From the NCBI RefSeq assembly GCF_963921235.1, contig NC_086097.1, positions 143,842,001-143,906,000 on the forward strand: a stretch of DNA of 64,000 nt. Reading direction: 5' to 3'. Below the pieces are notes generated by a model. The model saw only the letters and a list, made by a program, of their open reading frames with translations. It searched no databases and had not been told where the DNA came from. Both the position numbers and the translations under genes were made by a program. This stretch comes from Mobula hypostoma (lineage: Eukaryota). This document shows positions 60,461 to 64,000 of the stretch, one piece after another (position 1 is the first letter of the stretch; each line of letters starts with the position of its first letter).

Positions 60461-61931
60461 CCCTAATGCCTGCCCTGGCGTTCGAGGTGTGCCTACCCTG
60501 AAGAAGGTTAAGACTTCTCTTCCGGAATTCAGTGAGACCCTCTCTCACTGCTGTGATCTCTGCTGCCCACCGACTCTTCGACCAGGTCCTCACCCAGACT
60601 TGCTACCATACCACATGGCTTCCAGCTCCGTTTTCAGGCCTCCCAGTTCGGACCCACCGAGGATCCCAGGTACCTGTGTTCGATTGACTGCTTCTTCAGT
60701 CACTTTGCCTTCCAATTTCTATATGCCACAGGTCCGGACCTCACTCTCCTCTGTCTGCCATGGACCTCTCCGACATTTCATCCTCTGCTGGATCAACACC
60801 TTCATCCACAAGTTCTTCACCTTCCTCATGTCCAGAAAGGATTGGAAGATCGCCTCCAACTCTAGTTCCAATGCCCTGAATGCCTTCAGATCACAAATAT
60901 TCAGCCTCTAGCTCTGGCTCCAACCTGGACTTCAGCCACCTCCTCTGTCCACATACCTGGACTCCTTTCTACCCCCCTTGGTCCAGGCCCTCTCCACCTA
61001 CACCTGCAAAAATTCTCATACTCTGCATCTCCTCAGTAACTTCCAATTCCCTGGCCCTGACAGCCTCATTTTCACCATGGATGTCCTGTCCCTATACAGT
61101 TCTACCCCCATCAAGAAGGCCGTAAAGCTCTCTTGTTTCTTTCTGGACACAAGACCCAGCCAGTTCCCCTCCATCACCACCCTCCTCCATCTGGAAGAAC
61201 TGGTCCTCACCATCAACAATTTCTCCTTCAGCTCCTCCCTCTTTCTCTAAACTCAAGGGTATCCGTGGACACCCACATGGGCGCCAGCTACTGTATGCCA
61301 ACCTTTTCATTGGACATGTGGAATAGTCCGTATTCCAAACCTTCCCTAGTAATGCTGCCCAACTCTTCCTGCACTACATTGACAAATGTGTTGGTGCTGC
61401 TTCATGTACCCACGAGGTATTTGCTCCATGCTTGACAATTTCATCAATTTTGCCTCCAACTTCCACCCTGCCCTTAAATTCACTGGGTCCATTTCTGACA
61501 CCTCTCTCCCCTTTCTTGATTTCTCGGACTTCACCTCTAGAGTTTCCTTTCTTCCACTATTGATGCTGCCCTCATCTATATCTCCTCCATTTCCCGATGT
61601 ACACACTCACCCCATCTTCCTACTGCCTTACAGGGATAGAGTTCCTCTTGTCCTCTCCTACTGCCCTATGAGCCTCTGCATTCAGCAGATCATTCTCTCC
61701 AACTTCCACCATCTTCAACAGTATTCCACCATCCAACATATCTTAATATTGCCCCAACTCTCCGTTTTCCGCAGGGACCATTCACGCCACGATTCCCTTG
61801 CCCTTCTGTCCCTTCGCACTACTGGCACATATTCCCGCAAGTGACAGAAATGCTATACCTTTCCCTCACTTCCATTCAGGATCACAAACAGTCCTTCCAG
61901 GTGAGACAACACTTCATCCGGGAATCTGTTG
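60461..61931 (+). mobile_element. Decayed Penelope-like element, cut by the CR1 at 61932
   Basis: [53 protein letters not shown]; ends at caggtgagacaacacttca..gaatctgtt, just before the GIY-YIG motif seen at 7717. Confidence 0.82.
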
Positions 61932-64000
61932 AAACATAGAAACATAGAAAATAGGTGCAGGAGTAGGCCATTCGGCCCTTCGAGCCTGCACCGCCATTTA
62001 TTATGATCATGGCTGATCATCCAACTCAGAACCCAGCCTTCCCTCCATACCCCCTGACCCCTGTAGCCACAAGGGCCATATCTAACTTCCTTTTAAACAT
62101 AGCTAATGAACTGGCCTCAACAGTTTGCTGTGGCAGAGAATTCCACAGATTCACCACTCTCTGTGTGAAGAAGTTTTTCCTAATCTCGGTCCTAAAAGGC
62201 TTCCCCTCTATCCTCAAACTGTGACCCCTCGTTCTGGACCTCCCCAACATCGGGAACAATCTTGCCGCATCTAGCCTGTCCAATCCCTTTAGGATCTTAT
62301 ACGTTTCAATCAGATCCCCCCTCAATCTTCTAAATTCCAATGAGTACAAGCCCAGTTCATCCAGTCTTTCTTCATATGAAAGACCTGCCATCCCAGGAAT
62401 CAATCTGGTGAACCTTCTTTGTACTCCCTCTATGGCAAAGATGTCTTTCCTCAGATTAGGGGACCAAAACTGCACACAATACTCCAGGTGTGGTCTCACC
62501 AAGGCCTGGTACAACTGCAGTAGTACCTCCCTGCTCCTGTACTCGAATCCTCTCGCTATAAATGCCAGCATACCGTTCGCCTTTTTCACCGCCTGCTGTA
62601 CCTGCATGCCCACTTTCAATGACTGGTGTATAATGACACCCAGGTCTCGTTGCACCTCCCCTTTTCCTAATCGGCCACCATTCAGATAATAATCTGTTTT
62701 CCTATTTTTGCCACCAAAGTGGATAACTTCACATTTATCCACATTAAATTGCATCTGCCATGAGTTTGCCCACTCACCCAACCTATCCAAGTCACCCTGC
62801 ATCCTCTTAGCATCCTCCTCACTGCTAACACTGCCACCCAGCTTCGTGTCATCCGCAAACTTGGAGATGCTGCATTTAATTCCCTCATCCAAGTCATTAA
62901 TATATATTGTAAACAACTGGGGTCCCAGCACTGAGCCTTGCGGTACCCCACTAGTCACCGCCTGCCATTCTGAAAAGGTCCCGTTTATTCCCACTCTTTG
63001 CTTCCTGTCTGCTAACCAATTCTCCACCCACACCAATACCTTACCCCCAATACCGTGTGCTTTAAGTTTGCACACTAATCTCCTGTGTGGGACCTTGTCA
63101 AAAGCCTTTTGAAAATCCAAATATACCACATCCACTGGTTCTCCCCTATCCACTCTACTAGTTACATCCTCAAAAAATTCTATGAGATTCGTCAGACATG
63201 ATTTTCCTTTCACAAATCCATGCTGACTTGGTCCGATCATTTCACCGCTTTCCAAATGTGCTGTTATCACATCCTTGATAACTGACTCCAGCAGTTTCCC
63301 CACCACCGACGTTAGGCTAACCTGCCTATAATTCCCCGGTTTCTCTCTCCCTCCTTTTTTAAAAAGTGGGGTTACATTAGCCACCCTCCAATCCTCAGGA
63401 ACTAGTCCAGAATCTAACGAGTTTTGAAAAATTATCACTAATGCATCCACTATTTCTTGGGCTACTTCCTTAAGCACTCTGGGATGCAGACCATCTGGCC
63501 CTGGGGATTTATCTGCCTTCAATCCCTTCAATTTACCTAACACCACTTCCCTACTAACATGTATTTCACTCAGTTTCTCCATCTCACTGGGCCCTCTGTC
63601 CCTTACTATTTCTGGAAGATTATTTATGTCCTCCTTAGTGAAGACAGAACCAAAGTAATTATTCAATTGGTCTGCCATGTCCTTGCTCCCCATAATCAAT
63701 TCACCTGTTTCTGTTTGCAGGGGACCTACATTTGTCTTTATCAGTCTTTTCCTTTTTACATATCTATAAAAGCTTTTACAGTCCGTTTTTATGTTCTCTG
63801 CCAGTTTTCTCTCATAATCTTTTTTCCCCTTCCTAATTAAGCCCTTTGTCCTCCTCTGCTGAACTCTGAATTTCTCCCAGTCCTCAGGTGAGCCACTTTC
63901 TCTGGCTAATTTGTATGCTACTTCTTTGGAATTGATACTATCCCTAATTTCTCTTGTCAGCCACGGGTGCACTACCTTCCTTGATTTATTCTTTTGCCAA
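61932..64000 (-). mobile_element. Young CR1 LINE, 3' part with open ORF2
   Basis: Tail reverse of (TTTCTATG)n at 61932; ORF open from the window edge to the stop at 62026. Confidence 0.95.
62026..63999 (-). CDS. CR1 ORF2 reverse transcriptase (5'-partial, >=657 codons)
   Basis: [68 protein letters not shown]; 9 more sense codons (WQKNKSRKV) up to the edge. Confidence 0.9.
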   Translation of the reverse strand, partial: WQKNKSRKVVHPWLTREIRDSINSKEVAYKLARESGSPEDWEKFRVQQRRTKGLIRKGKKDYERKLAENIKTDCKSFYRYVKRKRLIKTNVGPLQTETGELIMGSKDMADQLNNYFGSVFTKEDINNLPEIVRDRGPSEMEKLSEIHVSREVVLGKLKGLKADKSPGPDGLHPRVLKEVAQEIVDALVIIFQNSLDSGLVPEDWRVANVTPLFKKGGREKPGNYRQVSLTSVVGKLLESVIKDVITAHLESGEMIGPSQHGFVKGKSCLTNLIEFFEDVTSRVDRGEPVDVVYLDFQKAFDKVPHRRLVCKLKAHGIGGKVLVWVENWLADRKQRVGINGTFSEWQAVTSGVPQGSVLGPQLFTIYINDLDEGIKCSISKFADDTKLGGSVSSEEDAKRMQGDLDRLGEWANSWQMQFNVDKCEVIHFGGKNRKTDYYLNGGRLGKGEVQRDLGVIIHQSLKVGMQVQQAVKKANGMLAFIARGFEYRSREVLLQLYQALVRPHLEYCVQFWSPNLRKDIFAIEGVQRRFTRLIPGMAGLSYEERLDELGLYSLEFRRLRGDLIETYKILKGLDRLDAARLFPMLGRSRTRGHSLRIEGKPFRTEIRKNFFTQRVVNLWNSLPQQTVEASSLAMFKRKLDMALVATGVRGYGGKAGF

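Noticed and set aside
60405..60911. 168-aa ORF as a novel gene
   Set aside because: Chance read-through across a Rex1/PLE junction.
57350..64000. Terminal myosin exon and poly(A) site
   Set aside because: No phase-compatible exon resembling the MYO1D/G C-terminus was found by eye; it probably lies beyond the window.
1..64000. tRNA, rRNA, snoRNA or promoter/CpG island
   Set aside because: None recognisable by eye; an Rfam/tRNAscan search would be needed to exclude small RNAs.

Overview
Eukaryotic, repeat-rich vertebrate DNA. The repeat families resemble those of cartilaginous fish (ray or shark); this is an inference. The + strand carries 15 internal coding exons of a class I myosin of the MYO1D/MYO1G subgroup, best matching MYO1G. 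They are probably exons 7-21 of 22, total 2141 nt, all GT-AG and phase-consistent, and encode the motor C-terminal half, IQ neck and TH1/PH tail. The first exons and the last exon were not found in the window. Introns are packed with nested CR1, Rex1/Babar, L1, RTE and Penelope-like retroelements plus hAT, Tc1 and Harbinger derivatives. The most notable signal is a set of minimal type I hammerhead ribozyme motifs from Penelope-like element ends. Several occur as tiny TSD-flanked ribozyme-only, tail-only or palindromic insertions, mostly sense to the pre-mRNA. A young CR1 with an uninterrupted ORF2 segment runs off the right edge. Exon coordinates were counted by hand from splice sites; repeat boundaries without a TSD or TIR are approximate; family and orthology calls are from recalled motifs, not database searches.
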